A stretch of 64,000 nt of DNA from Thermodesulfobacteriota bacterium (GTDB taxonomy: Bacteria; Desulfobacterota_D; UBA1144; Nemesobacterales; Nemesobacteraceae), in assembly GCA_965249045.1 (NCBI GenBank), contig OZ252213.1, positions 9,329 through 73,328 on the forward strand, written 5' to 3'. The notes below the pieces were generated by a model. That model did not search any database, was not told where the DNA came from, and saw nothing but the letters and a program-made list of their open reading frames with translations. Shown here piece by piece: positions 1 through 9,632 of this stretch (within the stretch, counting starts at the first letter, position 1; the number at the start of each line of letters is the position of its first letter). The translations under genes were made by a program, and so were the position numbers.

Positions 1-341
1 AATTCCCTCAGGAAAAGTGACTTTCCTCAAGAACACTTCGCCACGGCGCAGCTTTCTGTGAACGGAATAAGGAGCCTCACCCGCCGAAAACACATATTCG
101 CCGTGCTTAAGCTTCCCCTGAGTTCTGCTGAAAAAGGCCGGGAGAGAAAGGATCTCCGCTTTTCTTATCACTCCTTCTGCCTCAAGCTTCTTCGCTATGG
201 ATGATAGGCCGAAGCCTTGCGGTATCTCGACAATTTTTGTTTCCGCGGGGAAGCCGTCTAGGAAATAAAACCAGGCAGACAAGGTCAACAGAACAAAAAC
301 CACACGCCCCGCTGAGAACCGGTTGAACCCACGAGTCTCGC

Positions 342-1511
342 TCATCTGGAGAGTATCACCATCTCGTTTCGGTGGATTATCTCGTCGCTGTACCTGTACC
401 CAAGCACATCTTCTATTTCCGATGATTTCTTTCCGAGAATCTTCCTTACCTCTGAAGAACCGTAGGAACAAAGCCCCCTAGATATCTCAACTGCGGAGGA
501 ATTAAAGCAGCTGACAAGATCCCCTATTCCAAACTCCCCTTCAACTTCCTTTATGCCGGAAGGAAGAAGACTCCTGCCTTTTTTGGTAATCGCCTCGGCC
601 GCACCCTCGTCCAGTATAAGTTTCCCTTGGGGCTTAAGAGTGTAGGCAATCCAGTGCTTTTTGCCTGTGAGCCTCTCCCTTGTCGGAAGTATTACGGTTC
701 CGTACTCCTGGCCGTTAAAAATGTTAAGCAGGGAATCTTTTCTTTTTCCGTTTCCGATGATGGTGGGCACACCGAAGGCGGCGGCGGATCTTGCCGCCTG
801 GATCTTGGTTCTCATCCCCCCGGAAGTGGTCTTGCCGAAAGTGTCCCCAGCAAAAGACTCTATTCTCGAATCTATCTCGGCAATTGTGGAAAGCAGCTTC
901 GCGTTTTCGTCTTTGGCCGGGTCCTTGTCGAAAAAACCCTCCACGTCGCTTAGCAGCACTAAAAGATCCGCCTCAGTAAGGGAAATCACAAGCGCCGCAA
1001 GGTTGTCATTATCACCGAACATGATCTCCTCGAAGGAAACCGTGTCGTTTTCGTTTATGACGGGAATTATTTCCATCTCAAGCAGCCGCCTTATTGTCTT
1101 TCTCGAATTAAGGAACCTTTTCCTGTCGGAGAACTCGTCACGGGTGAGGAGAAGCTGCGCGACGTTCAGTCCGAATTTCGAAAAAGCCTCCTCGTAATTC
1201 CTGATAAGCTCAGTCTGGCCGCAGGCGGAGATCGCCTGTTTTACGTCTATTTCTCTTGGTTTGCTCGAAAGACCCAGTTTCTTCATGCCCGACGCAATGG
1301 CTCCCGAAGAAACTATGATGGTCCTCACTCCTCTCTGCTTAAGGCTAAAAACCTGTCTTGCTATTTCCTTAAAAACGGACTCGTCAAGAGATCCGTCGCC
1401 GTGGGTAAGCACACTGCTTCCTATCTTGACTACGGCGGTCTTTACCTTTTTGATGAGATCTTTTCTTTCCTGCTCGTTCATTGCGGTCTCTATTTTACCC
1501 AAAAAATCCAT
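342..1511 (-). CDS. proB: Glutamate 5-kinase (ProB) with C-terminal PUA domain
   Basis: Translation has an amino-acid-kinase fold (VVKIGSS..., GGMRTKIQAA) plus a C-terminal PUA-like segment. The first 43 codons of the 432-aa ORF are the reverse-complement reading of tRNA-Gly, so the start is moved to the ATG at 1509-1511 (MDFLGK...). Confidence 0.85.
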   Translation of the reverse strand: MDFLGKIETAMNEQERKDLIKKVKTAVVKIGSSVLTHGDGSLDESVFKEIARQVFSLKQRGVRTIIVSSGAIASGMKKLGLSSKPREIDVKQAISACGQTELIRNYEEAFSKFGLNVAQLLLTRDEFSDRKRFLNSRKTIRRLLEMEIIPVINENDTVSFEEIMFGDNDNLAALVISLTEADLLVLLSDVEGFFDKDPAKDENAKLLSTIAEIDSRIESFAGDTFGKTTSGGMRTKIQAARSAAAFGVPTIIGNGKRKDSLLNIFNGQEYGTVILPTRERLTGKKHWIAYTLKPQGKLILDEGAAEAITKKGRSLLPSGIKEVEGEFGIGDLVSCFNSSAVEISRGLCSYGSSEVRKILGKKSSEIEDVLGYRYSDEIIHRNEMVILSR

Positions 1512-1562
1512 CCTATTTGACAATAATAGCACCCCTTGATATCTTTTCAGTTCGCTTTCGTT

Positions 1563-1639
1563 GCGGGAATAGCTCAGTTGGCTAGAGCATCTCCTTGCCA
1601 AGGAGAAGGTCGCGGGTTCGAATCCCGTTTCCCGCTCCA
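1563..1639 (+). tRNA. tRNA-Gly (anticodon GCC), CCA encoded
   Basis: Cloverleaf read by hand: acceptor GCGGGAA/TTCCCGC, D-arm GCTC...GAGC, anticodon stem TCTCC/GGAGA with loop TTGCCAA, T-loop TTCGAAT, 3' TCCA. Confidence 0.9.
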
Positions 1640-1658
1640 CTCCCGCAGATTGTCCCGT

Positions 1659-2396
1659 TCAGATCCCGGTTGCTTCGAAGAATTCGCCGATTTTCTCGCG
1701 GATCACTATATCCGCCTCGTCATCAAAAGGAGTCTCCATCAGGTTTATGATCACAAGCGCGGCCCCCCTGGAGAGAGCCAGACGGGGAAGTCCGCTTGCC
1801 GGAGCGACCAGAAGAGAAGAACCCATAACGATAAGCGCCTCGGAACTTGAGACCAGGTCAACCGATTTTTCCCACGGTTCCTCGGGAAGGGCTTCTCCGA
1901 AAAAGACGGCGTCGGGTTTCAGAATTCCCCCGCATTGGGAACAGAGCGGAGGGTTTTCTCCCTCAGCGACGCTGCTCATAGCATCTTCCATCGGATAATA
2001 CTCCCGGCACTGAAGGCAGACGACACGTCTTAGGGAACCGTGGAGCTCAAACACGTTCTCGGAACCCGCCTTTGTGTGCAGGCCGTCCACGTTCTGAGTT
2101 ATAACGCCCTTTAGCCAACCCTTTTTCTCAAGACGCGCGAGCGCGTAGTGAGCCGCGTTGGGTTCGGCGGCCGCCCTCACCGGATAGGATTCCATGGCGT
2201 ACGAGTAGTAGTTCTCGGGATTTCTCAAAAACCCGGAGAGTGAGACCACCGACTGATCCATTTTTTCCCAGAGACCGGTTCCGGGAGAACGGTAGTCGGG
2301 TATTCCGGATTCAGTGCTTATTCCGGCTCCCGTGAAGGCAACGGCCCCCTGGGTCTCCTCAAGCAGTTCCAGAAAAAGCTTAACTTCTCTTTCCAT
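1659..2396 (-). CDS. cobB: NAD-dependent protein deacylase, Sir2/sirtuin family
   Basis: Motifs GAGIS..SGIPDYR, QNVDGLH and Cys pairs CLQC...CSQC (zinc ribbon) are typical of bacterial sirtuins. Confidence 0.85.
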   Translation of the reverse strand: MEREVKLFLELLEETQGAVAFTGAGISTESGIPDYRSPGTGLWEKMDQSVVSLSGFLRNPENYYSYAMESYPVRAAAEPNAAHYALARLEKKGWLKGVITQNVDGLHTKAGSENVFELHGSLRRVVCLQCREYYPMEDAMSSVAEGENPPLCSQCGGILKPDAVFFGEALPEEPWEKSVDLVSSSEALIVMGSSLLVAPASGLPRLALSRGAALVIINLMETPFDDEADIVIREKIGEFFEATGI

Positions 2397-2411
2397 AAAA
2401 TACGCCCGGCA

Positions 2412-3014
2412 CTACCCGGCAAAAGCAATAAAGTTCCGAGTTCCCTCAACGCTTCCGCACCATCTTCTAACCGACGGATACGCTTCCAGATCAAAACCCC
2501 CTTCCCCGCAAAGCATCGTGTAGGGATAACACGCGATGTCGGCTATGGAGTAATCACCGCAGAGAAACTCGGTTCGGGAAAGGTGATCTTCAAGAATCCC
2601 AAGCGCGACGTTTCCCTGCGCGTGAAGCTTCTCCATGGTTCCCGGCGGCACCTGATCAGGGGGCAGGAACTTCACGAAATACCTGGCAAGCGCCAAATTC
2701 GGATCTATAGTCGTCTTTCCGAAAAAAGTCCACTGCGCGATAAGACCGTAGGTCTCCGGATCATCGGACAGGTAGGGGTTCGGAGAAAACTTCTTTGCCA
2801 GATAGAAAAGTATGGCGTTTGATTCCCACATGACAAAATCCCCGTCCGAGAGAACCGGGACCTTGCAGTTGGGATTAAGCGCGGAGAATTCCTCTTTTTT
2901 ATGTTCCCCCGCGAATATATCCACCGTTATTCCCTCGTATTCGACTGAGAGCTGGTGGAGGAGAAGCTTCGCCTTGTAGGCGTTTCCAGAAAGCGGATGT
3001 TCATACAGTTTCAT
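2412..3014 (-). CDS. Glutathione S-transferase family protein
   Basis: N-terminal thioredoxin-like GST motif (KLYEHPLSGNAYKAKLLL..., VPVL.DGDFVMWESNAIL.YL) followed by an alpha-helical C-domain. Confidence 0.8.
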   Translation of the reverse strand: MKLYEHPLSGNAYKAKLLLHQLSVEYEGITVDIFAGEHKKEEFSALNPNCKVPVLSDGDFVMWESNAILFYLAKKFSPNPYLSDDPETYGLIAQWTFFGKTTIDPNLALARYFVKFLPPDQVPPGTMEKLHAQGNVALGILEDHLSRTEFLCGDYSIADIACYPYTMLCGEGGFDLEAYPSVRRWCGSVEGTRNFIAFAG

Positions 3015-3018
3015 CATA

Positions 3019-3513
3019 TTAGTCTCTCACATATTGTAAAAATTCTTCACCTAGGCACTCTGGACCCAGTATTTCACGCAGAGTTTCTTTTCGGGGAAAC
3101 ACATAGGTTATAGCAGCGCTTGCCAGCTCGGTTCCATCCTCATCCCTTATTACCGAATCAACCTCGACCCGCCTTCCCCTGATTTCCCTTATCTTTGCTC
3201 TCACGTCAAGGGTTCTGCCACTTGGAACCTTTTTCATGTAAACCATGTCTATCTTTGCCGTTAGGGCAATCTTGCGGGTTTCATTGAACATGGCCCAGAA
3301 AGAAACCTCGTCGACAAGGGCGCACTGCACTCCCCCGTGCACTATCCCCGGCCATCCGGAAAAATGCTCCTCGGTACAGACGGTAGTGAATACCTCGTCG
3401 GTTTCCTGGTCATGAAAAAACTTGAGGCGAAGTCCGTGCTCGTTGTGTGGACCGCAGGCAAAGCAATTATAGCCAGGAAGACTGGAGAGCACGTTTTCAA
3501 TTTCCTTTACCAT
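3019..3513 (-). CDS. Hotdog-fold acyl-CoA thioesterase (PaaI/4HBT-like)
   Basis: About 160 aa with HGG motif (GIVHGGV) and overall PaaI-like pattern. The start overlaps the gyrA stop by 1 nt. Confidence 0.65.
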   Translation of the reverse strand: MVKEIENVLSSLPGYNCFACGPHNEHGLRLKFFHDQETDEVFTTVCTEEHFSGWPGIVHGGVQCALVDEVSFWAMFNETRKIALTAKIDMVYMKKVPSGRTLDVRAKIREIRGRRVEVDSVIRDEDGTELASAAITYVFPRKETLREILGPECLGEEFLQYVRD

Positions 3514-5945
3514 CAGCCCCCCTCGGCGACTTTCGCAACCGCAGCCACAAGCTCGTCGGGCTCAAGGTTTATGACCTTTACCCCCTGGGTGCTGCGCCCC
3601 GTGTTGCGTATCTCGGAAACGCTCGTTCTTATAATCTTGCCGCCTTGGTTGCTTATAAGCATTATCTCCGTGTCGTCATCCACCTGAAACGCTCCCACCA
3701 CCCTTCCGTTTCGCTCGGTTATGTTGACGGTCCTTACCCCAAGCCCTCCCCTCTTGGTAAGCCTGTACTCGGAGATTCTGGTACGCTTGCCGTAACCCAT
3801 CTCCGTTATGGTAAGTATCTGCGCGTTCTGGTTCCCTATGACCTCAAGGCTCACCACCTCGTCGCCTTCTCTGAGATTTATACCCTTAACGCCGATTGAC
3901 ACTCTGCCCACATTCCTTACGTCAGTTCCCTTGAACCTGATCGCCTGACCCTTCCTTGAAGTGAGCAGGACCTCGTCATCCTCGGATGCAAGCGCCGCAC
4001 CCACGAGCTCGTCCCCCTCGCGTATGTTAAGGGCGATTATTCCCCCAACGCGCGGGTGGGAATAGGCCTTAAGCTTCGTTTTCTTAACGATTCCGTTTCG
4101 AGTCGCCATGAGTATGGAAACATCGTCGCCGAAATCCTTAACCGGCAGTACGGCCGCCACCTTCTCCCCCTTGTCAAGGTTAAGGAGGTTCACCATGGCT
4201 CTTCCGCGCGCCGTCGGGGAAGACTCCGGGACCTGATAAACCTTAAGCCAGTAGCATTTCCCGAAGCTTGAGAAAAACAGAATGCTGTTGTGTCTTGACG
4301 CCGTGAACAGGTCGTTAACGAAATCGGTGTCCCTGGTGCTCATTCCGGTTCTTCCCCTGCCGCCCCTTCTCTGGTTCCGGTAAACGCTAAGCGGTATGCT
4401 CTTTATGTAACCTCCGTAAGTGGTGGTAACCACCATCTCCTCGTCTGTTATAAGATCCTCGATTGATATCTCCCCGACATCCTCGACGATCTCAGTTCTT
4501 CTCGCATCCCCGAATTTCTCCCTGAGCTCGGTGAGTTCCTCGACCGCAAGATCGAGTATCAGCTTTTCGCTTCCTAGTATTTCTCTGAGTTTCGCCACGG
4601 TCTCGATAAGCCCGCGCCTCTCTTCAAGTATCTTATCCCTCTCAAGGGCCGTAAGTCTCTGAAGACGCATCTCCAAAATGGCCTGGGCCTGCCGTTCCGA
4701 AAGCGAAAACGTCCGCACGAGACCCGCTCTCGCGACCGCCGGACTCTCAGAACCTTTTATGAGTTCGACGATTTCATCTAAGTTATCAAGAGCGATCTTG
4801 AACCCCTCGAGAAGGTGAAGGCGTTCCTCCGCCTTTTTAAGCTCGTACTGGGTTCTTCGGGTAATTACTTCCTTTCTGTGCTCTATAAAGTGGGCAAGGA
4901 GTTCCTTTAAGTTAAGAACCTTGGGCTGGTTTCTCACAAGCGCGAGCATTATGATGCCAAAAGAGGTGTACATCTGCGTATGCTTGTAAAGCTGGTTGAG
5001 AACCACCTGGGCGTGTTCTCCTAACTTCACATCGATAACGAGCCTTATTCCTTCCCTGTCGGATTCATCTCTTATGTCGGAGATGCCCTTTATCTTTTCC
5101 TCCCTTACGAGCTCGGCGATTTTCTGGGCCAGCCGCGCCTTGTTAACCTGATAGGGAAGCTCGGTGACGATTATGACATCCCTGTCCCCCTTTTTCTGCT
5201 TCTCTATGCGAACCTTGGCCCTCATCCTGACTATTCCGCGGCCGGTGGTGTAGGCGGATCGGATGTCATCGCGACCGCTCACAAAACCCCCCGTGGGGAA
5301 ATCCGGCCCCGGCATGATCTCAATAAGTCTGTCAATGGTGATGTCGGGGTTCCGTATCTGGGCAACTACGGCGTCGAGAAGCTCCCCGAGGTTGTGAGGA
5401 GGAATGTTGGTTGACATGCCTACCGCGATTCCCGAAGAACCGTTTAAAAGCAGGTTTGGCACTTTGGTCGGCAGTACGCTCGGCTCAAGTTCTCCCCCGT
5501 CATAGTTCGGATAGAATTCAACCGTCTCCTTATCCAGATCTTCAAGGATCTCAGAAGAGATTCTTGAAAGCCTTACTTCCGTGTAGCGCATGGCCGCCGG
5601 ACTGTCCCCGTCAACGGAACCGAAATTGCCCTGTCCGTCGACAAGCGGAATCCTCATGGAGAAATCCTGCGCCATCCTGACAAGAGAATCGTAGATTGCC
5701 GAGTCTCCGTGAGGATGATATTTACCCATTACGTCCCCCACAACCCTCGCGGATTTCTTGTAGGGACGGTTCCAAACGTTTCCGACCTCGTTCATTCCGT
5801 AGAGAATTCTCCTGTGAACGGGCTTGAGTCCGTCGCGCACGTCGGGAAGAGCCCTTCCGACTATCACGCTCATGGAGTAGCTGAGATAGGACTCCTTCAT
5901 CTCATCTTCAATGTTTACAGTCTGCACTCTGGATAAAGTGTCCAT
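3513..5945 (-). CDS. gyrA: DNA gyrase subunit A
   Basis: 810 aa. N-terminus reads ...[30 protein letters not shown]... (QRDR and active-site Tyr region), followed by C-terminal beta-pinwheel repeats. GGAGGG RBS upstream. Confidence 0.95.
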   Translation of the reverse strand: MDTLSRVQTVNIEDEMKESYLSYSMSVIVGRALPDVRDGLKPVHRRILYGMNEVGNVWNRPYKKSARVVGDVMGKYHPHGDSAIYDSLVRMAQDFSMRIPLVDGQGNFGSVDGDSPAAMRYTEVRLSRISSEILEDLDKETVEFYPNYDGGELEPSVLPTKVPNLLLNGSSGIAVGMSTNIPPHNLGELLDAVVAQIRNPDITIDRLIEIMPGPDFPTGGFVSGRDDIRSAYTTGRGIVRMRAKVRIEKQKKGDRDVIIVTELPYQVNKARLAQKIAELVREEKIKGISDIRDESDREGIRLVIDVKLGEHAQVVLNQLYKHTQMYTSFGIIMLALVRNQPKVLNLKELLAHFIEHRKEVITRRTQYELKKAEERLHLLEGFKIALDNLDEIVELIKGSESPAVARAGLVRTFSLSERQAQAILEMRLQRLTALERDKILEERRGLIETVAKLREILGSEKLILDLAVEELTELREKFGDARRTEIVEDVGEISIEDLITDEEMVVTTTYGGYIKSIPLSVYRNQRRGGRGRTGMSTRDTDFVNDLFTASRHNSILFFSSFGKCYWLKVYQVPESSPTARGRAMVNLLNLDKGEKVAAVLPVKDFGDDVSILMATRNGIVKKTKLKAYSHPRVGGIIALNIREGDELVGAALASEDDEVLLTSRKGQAIRFKGTDVRNVGRVSIGVKGINLREGDEVVSLEVIGNQNAQILTITEMGYGKRTRISEYRLTKRGGLGVRTVNITERNGRVVGAFQVDDDTEIMLISNQGGKIIRTSVSEIRNTGRSTQGVKVINLEPDELVAAVAKVAEGG

Positions 5946-6170
5946 TACTGAAAAAAACCCTCCGGAGGAAAGAAAAAGGATGCTTGTGAGATAAATCGGT
6001 TAATGAGATATTTTACACGAATAAATCCACGGATTCCAGAGCCAAACACAGACTTTGTCAGCAAATTATCCAAGCTCCGAAGGGAGCCACGAAAAGGCGC
6101 AATAGCCTGCCAACTTCAACAGATGGAATTCGTGCTATAATTGTAAAAAAAGACTTGGGATTAATTCAAA

Positions 6171-6947
6171 ATGCATAGATATTGCAAGCTGATGCTCATA
6201 TCGGTTGTTTTGCTTGTCGCCTGTTCCGACCAGACCTCGAACCAGATCGTTGAATGTGAAGGCTCGATAGCACCGTGCACTTTTGAAGAGATAATACTCA
6301 GAATGCTGCGCAGGAAGCCATCCACCCCTCTAGAGGTTGCTCCATTTACCATCGACCTCATAAAAGAAAAATACGGAGTTGAGGAGATAGGCTGTTCCCA
6401 CCCGCTTTTAAGCGATAACTCAGAATTCATCAGGATAAGAGACCTTTCCACAGATCCGGACACAAAGATATGGTATTCCCGCGAAGAACTCGAAGAATAT
6501 GGCACCGAAACCGTCTGGGAGTGCGATAACGGTGAGAGCTTTACGGAATACGTGAAGGGAATTCCCAGATCAACATCCGAGTTCCTAGTTATAGATCAAA
6601 CCGCAGAATATGGAATAGTTGAAGGTACAGTAACGGATCCTGAAGTACTTAAGCAGCTTGAAACCCTGTGGGAAAACTGCGAAGTCGGAACCGAACCGCC
6701 TAACTTTACAGGCGTTTTTACGAGTGGTACAGGCTTCCTTCCCCCGGAAGATCAAACATTTTGCGTAACGCTCGACATACTGCCCGGAGCGAAGCAGTGT
6801 TTCGCTAAGACTACTCCCCCAGAGTCTATCGAATATTCAAGCCATAACGGAGAAATTAGCCGAGAGTCGATACAAGTTTCTGAATCAGATTACTGTCGTC
6901 TTAAGGGGAACACGGATAGCCAAGCGCGAAGGGTAAAAATATTCTGA
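6171..6947 (+). CDS. Hypothetical lipoprotein
   Basis: Signal peptide with lipobox (LLVAC|S). No recognisable domain. TATAAT at 6136-6141 upstream. Confidence 0.55.
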   Translation: MHRYCKLMLISVVLLVACSDQTSNQIVECEGSIAPCTFEEIILRMLRRKPSTPLEVAPFTIDLIKEKYGVEEIGCSHPLLSDNSEFIRIRDLSTDPDTKIWYSREELEEYGTETVWECDNGESFTEYVKGIPRSTSEFLVIDQTAEYGIVEGTVTDPEVLKQLETLWENCEVGTEPPNFTGVFTSGTGFLPPEDQTFCVTLDILPGAKQCFAKTTPPESIEYSSHNGEISRESIQVSESDYCRLKGNTDSQARRVKIF

Positions 6948-7031
6948 TATCCGTGCTGACGCTGGAAAATTGCGAATATGAATTGCAAATGCGGAGCGAA
7001 TCCAATTTTGCCGACGGAGCGGCGTAATCGA

Positions 7032-7040
7032 CATGCGCGT
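7032..7040. repeat. Target-site duplication (left copy) CATGCGCGT
   Basis: Identical 9-mer at 8579-8587 directly abuts the other IS end. Confidence 0.8.
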
Positions 7041-7068
7041 GAGTTATAACTAAATCTGGTGTTCAGAG
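7041..7068. repeat. IS left terminal inverted repeat
   Basis: GAGTTATAACTAAATCTGGTGTTCAGAG matches the reverse complement of 8551-8578 (GAGATATATGCAAATCTGGTGTTCAAGG). Confidence 0.8.
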
Positions 7069-7146
7069 TGATTTGAAAAAAAGCGGCGTATCCGGTTGAT
7101 TTGTTGTTTGAGTTCAAAAAAACAACCAATAGGAGGATACGCCACT

Positions 7147-8544
7147 ATGGGCAAGAAGGATAAAGTTTTTGACCTCAAAGGTCAAAAAGAGACAATCGAT
7201 TCATTGAACGGACTGTTCAGCAAATTTGTCCACTCAGAAAGACGGAGAGCGGTTGCCGAAGAATTGAAGCTTGACGGACACATGGGAAACGGGCTTCAAG
7301 GCCCCGGGGCGGTTGCTGACCCCCTCAGCGAGATGTTGAGAGAGGGCGCCCGGTTTCTTCTCGGCACAGCCGTGCGGTGCGAGCTCGAAGAGTTCCTCAA
7401 GCAATACGAGGATCGTCTTCTGGACAATGGGAGAGTCGCGGTTGTGCGCAACGGATACCTGCCCGAGCGGGAGATACAGACCGGCATTGGTCCCGTGAAG
7501 GTACGAGTTCCCAAGGTGAGGTCCAAGGACGGGGAACCCGTCACTTTCCACTCGGTATTGGTGCCTCCCTATGTGCGCAAGGCCGCGACGCTTGAGGCGG
7601 CTTTGCCTTGGCTGTATCTGAAGGGAGTATCCACCGGGGAGATGGGGCCTGCGCTAGAGGCGCTGATCGGGCCTGAGGCCAGGGGGCTTTCGCAAAGCAC
7701 GGTGTCGCGGCTCAAAAAACAGTGGGCCGAGCAATACGGTACCTGGAGGACCGGGGATTTGAGCGAGGGTCGCTGGGTGTATATATGGGTAGACGGCATA
7801 TACAGCAACATACGAGGAGATAACCCTCGGTTGTGCGTGCTGGTGGTCATAGGGGTAAACGAACGTGGGGAGAAGCACTTCCTGGCTATCGAAGACGGTG
7901 TGCGAGAATCAAAGCAGAGCTGGCGTGAGGTATTGGTGAATCTCAAAGGGCGTGGGATGAAGGAAGCCCCGAAGCTTGCTGTTGGAGATGGAGCGCTTGG
8001 GTTTTGGCCCGCTCTTGAAGAGGTTTACGGAGAAACCCGTCAGCAGCGCTGCTGGGTGCACAAAACAATGAACGTACTCAACTACCTGCCCAAGTCCTCC
8101 CAGCCGAAGGCCAGGAGGCAGCTGCATGATATCTGGCAGGCGGAGACAAAGGAAGACGCGGAGAGGGCCTTTGATCTGTTCTTGAAGACATATGAAGACA
8201 AGTACCCGAGAGCGGCACAGTGCCTTGTGAAGGACAGGGAGGAGTTGCTGGCGTTTTACGACTTTCCCGCCAACCACTGGCGGAGCATTCGGACAACGAA
8301 CCCGATTGAGTCGGCCTTCGGCACAATACGGCATCGGACCAGACGCTGCAAAGGCTGTCTGAGTTCCGAGGGCATGTTGCACATGATATTCAAGCTGGGA
8401 ATGTGCGCGGAGAAGAACTGGCGCAAAATTAACGGGTTTGATTTCCTGGCGAAAGTGATAACGGGAGTGAAGTTCAGAGATGGGATCGAAGAGACAACAG
8501 AGAAAACAGCGGAGGTGACGACAGACGATCAGGTCGCCGCTTGA
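7147..8544 (+). CDS. IS256-family (mutator-type) transposase
   Basis: Signature motifs WVYIWVDGIY, CWVHKTMNVL and YDFPANHWRSIRTTNPIESAFG. ATG at 7147 follows AGGAGG (7130-7135); the longer TTG-initiated ORF from 7096 is less likely. Confidence 0.9.
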   Translation: MGKKDKVFDLKGQKETIDSLNGLFSKFVHSERRRAVAEELKLDGHMGNGLQGPGAVADPLSEMLREGARFLLGTAVRCELEEFLKQYEDRLLDNGRVAVVRNGYLPEREIQTGIGPVKVRVPKVRSKDGEPVTFHSVLVPPYVRKAATLEAALPWLYLKGVSTGEMGPALEALIGPEARGLSQSTVSRLKKQWAEQYGTWRTGDLSEGRWVYIWVDGIYSNIRGDNPRLCVLVVIGVNERGEKHFLAIEDGVRESKQSWREVLVNLKGRGMKEAPKLAVGDGALGFWPALEEVYGETRQQRCWVHKTMNVLNYLPKSSQPKARRQLHDIWQAETKEDAERAFDLFLKTYEDKYPRAAQCLVKDREELLAFYDFPANHWRSIRTTNPIESAFGTIRHRTRRCKGCLSSEGMLHMIFKLGMCAEKNWRKINGFDFLAKVITGVKFRDGIEETTEKTAEVTTDDQVAA

Positions 8545-8550
8545 TCATGT

Positions 8551-8578
8551 CCTTGAACACCAGATTTGCATATATCTC
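8551..8578. repeat. IS right terminal inverted repeat
   Basis: See left IR. Confidence 0.8.
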
Positions 8579-8587
8579 CATGCGCGT
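8579..8587. repeat. Target-site duplication (right copy) CATGCGCGT, containing the rsmD ATG
   Basis: Identical to 7032-7040. Confidence 0.8.
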
Positions 8588-9128
8588 ACTTACAGGACAA
8601 TCCAAGGGAAAAAGACTGAAGGTTCCGCGGGGGAAATCGCTTAGACCTACTGCGGCCAGAATAAAAAAGTCCATTTTCGACATACTGGGTCCCGAAGTAC
8701 AGCAGACAAGGGTGCTTGACCTGTTCTCGGGCTCGGGAAATCTGGGAATCGAGGCTTTAAGCCTAGGCGCCGAGTCCTGCGTGTTCGTTGAGAAAAACCC
8801 CGCCACGGCTGGGATAATTGCCCAGAACCTGCGTTCCTGCGGGTACACTGAACAATCAAGGGTACTCAATTTTGATTTCAGAAAAGCATTGAGTATGTTA
8901 AGTGCGGAAAATCGTGGGTTCGATCTTGTCTTCATTGATCCCCCATATGAGTTTTACGAAAAAACCGAACCGCACGCGCTTGCACGCGAGATACGAAGCG
9001 TCGTCGGGGAGAAAGGAATCATGATCATTGAACATCCGTCCGGAGACGTCATGAAATCTGAAGGATTTGACGTGAGGACCAGAAAATACGGAGGCACCTC
9101 CGTAAGTTTTCTAAGGAGGCTAGATTGA
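8580..9128 (+). CDS. rsmD: 16S rRNA (guanine966-N2)-methyltransferase RsmD
   Basis: MRVLTGQSKGKRLKVPRG...RPT..R.KKSIFDIL... with SAM motif LDLFSGSGNLGIEALS and DPPY catalytic motif. Start set at the ATG at 8580, inside the duplicated target site. Confidence 0.85.
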   Translation: MRVLTGQSKGKRLKVPRGKSLRPTAARIKKSIFDILGPEVQQTRVLDLFSGSGNLGIEALSLGAESCVFVEKNPATAGIIAQNLRSCGYTEQSRVLNFDFRKALSMLSAENRGFDLVFIDPPYEFYEKTEPHALAREIRSVVGEKGIMIIEHPSGDVMKSEGFDVRTRKYGGTSVSFLRRLD

Positions 9129-9628
9129 ACGGCAAAACGGTAATCTATCCGGGTTCCTTTGACCCTTTCACGAACGGGCACCTGAACATAATCGCCCGGG
9201 CTGCGGGCATCTTCGAGAAAATCATAATCTCGGTTGGACACAACACTTCTAAGGAAACGACGCTTTCAACCGAAGAAAGAGTGTCTCTCATCGCCGAGGT
9301 GACCAAGGATTACCCCAACGTTGAGGTTGAAAGCTTCGACGGACTGCTGGTCGACTACATAAGAAAGAAGGAAACCAATACCATATTGCGCGGAATGAGA
9401 TGCCATTCTGACTTTGAATACGAACTTCAGATGGCCACCGCAAACAAGCTTATGAACAAAGAGGTGGAGACGTTGTTTATGGTGACCGAAAGCCAGTTCT
9501 CTCACATAAGCTCATCTCTCATAAAGGAAATAATTTCCCTGGGAGGTTCAGCAGAGGGTTTCGTGCCGGCGGTGATTGAGGAAAAACTAATCGAGAAACT
9601 CCGCCCGGCAGAAAAGCGGAGGAAATGA
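9125..9628 (+). CDS. coaD: Phosphopantetheine adenylyltransferase
   Basis: (M)NGKTVIYPGSFDPFTNGH...ISSSLIKEI: T/HxGH nucleotidyltransferase motif. TTG start 5 nt after AGGAGG. Overlaps the rsmD stop. Confidence 0.9.
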   Translation: MNGKTVIYPGSFDPFTNGHLNIIARAAGIFEKIIISVGHNTSKETTLSTEERVSLIAEVTKDYPNVEVESFDGLLVDYIRKKETNTILRGMRCHSDFEYELQMATANKLMNKEVETLFMVTESQFSHISSSLIKEIISLGGSAEGFVPAVIEEKLIEKLRPAEKRRK

Positions 9629-9632
9629 TAGA

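Larger units (their letters stand above)
7041..8578 (+). mobile_element. IS256-family insertion sequence, 1538 bp, apparently intact
   Basis: Single transposase ORF of the mutator/IS256 type. Imperfect 28-bp terminal inverted repeats (22/28 identical, core AAATCTGGTGTTCA). Flanked by a 9-bp direct repeat. Confidence 0.85.

Noticed and set aside
1512-1640. 5' 129 nt of the 432-aa ORF 342..1640 (MERETGFEPATFSLARRCSSQLSY...)
   Set aside because: This stretch is simply the reverse-complement reading of tRNA-Gly (1563-1639). The real proB start is the internal ATG at 1511.
7096-7146. TTG-initiated N-terminal extension of the transposase (MICCLSSKKQPIGGYAT)
   Set aside because: The ATG at 7147 is preceded by AGGAGG at a proper distance and begins the conserved transposase N-terminus. 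The extension would read through the RBS.
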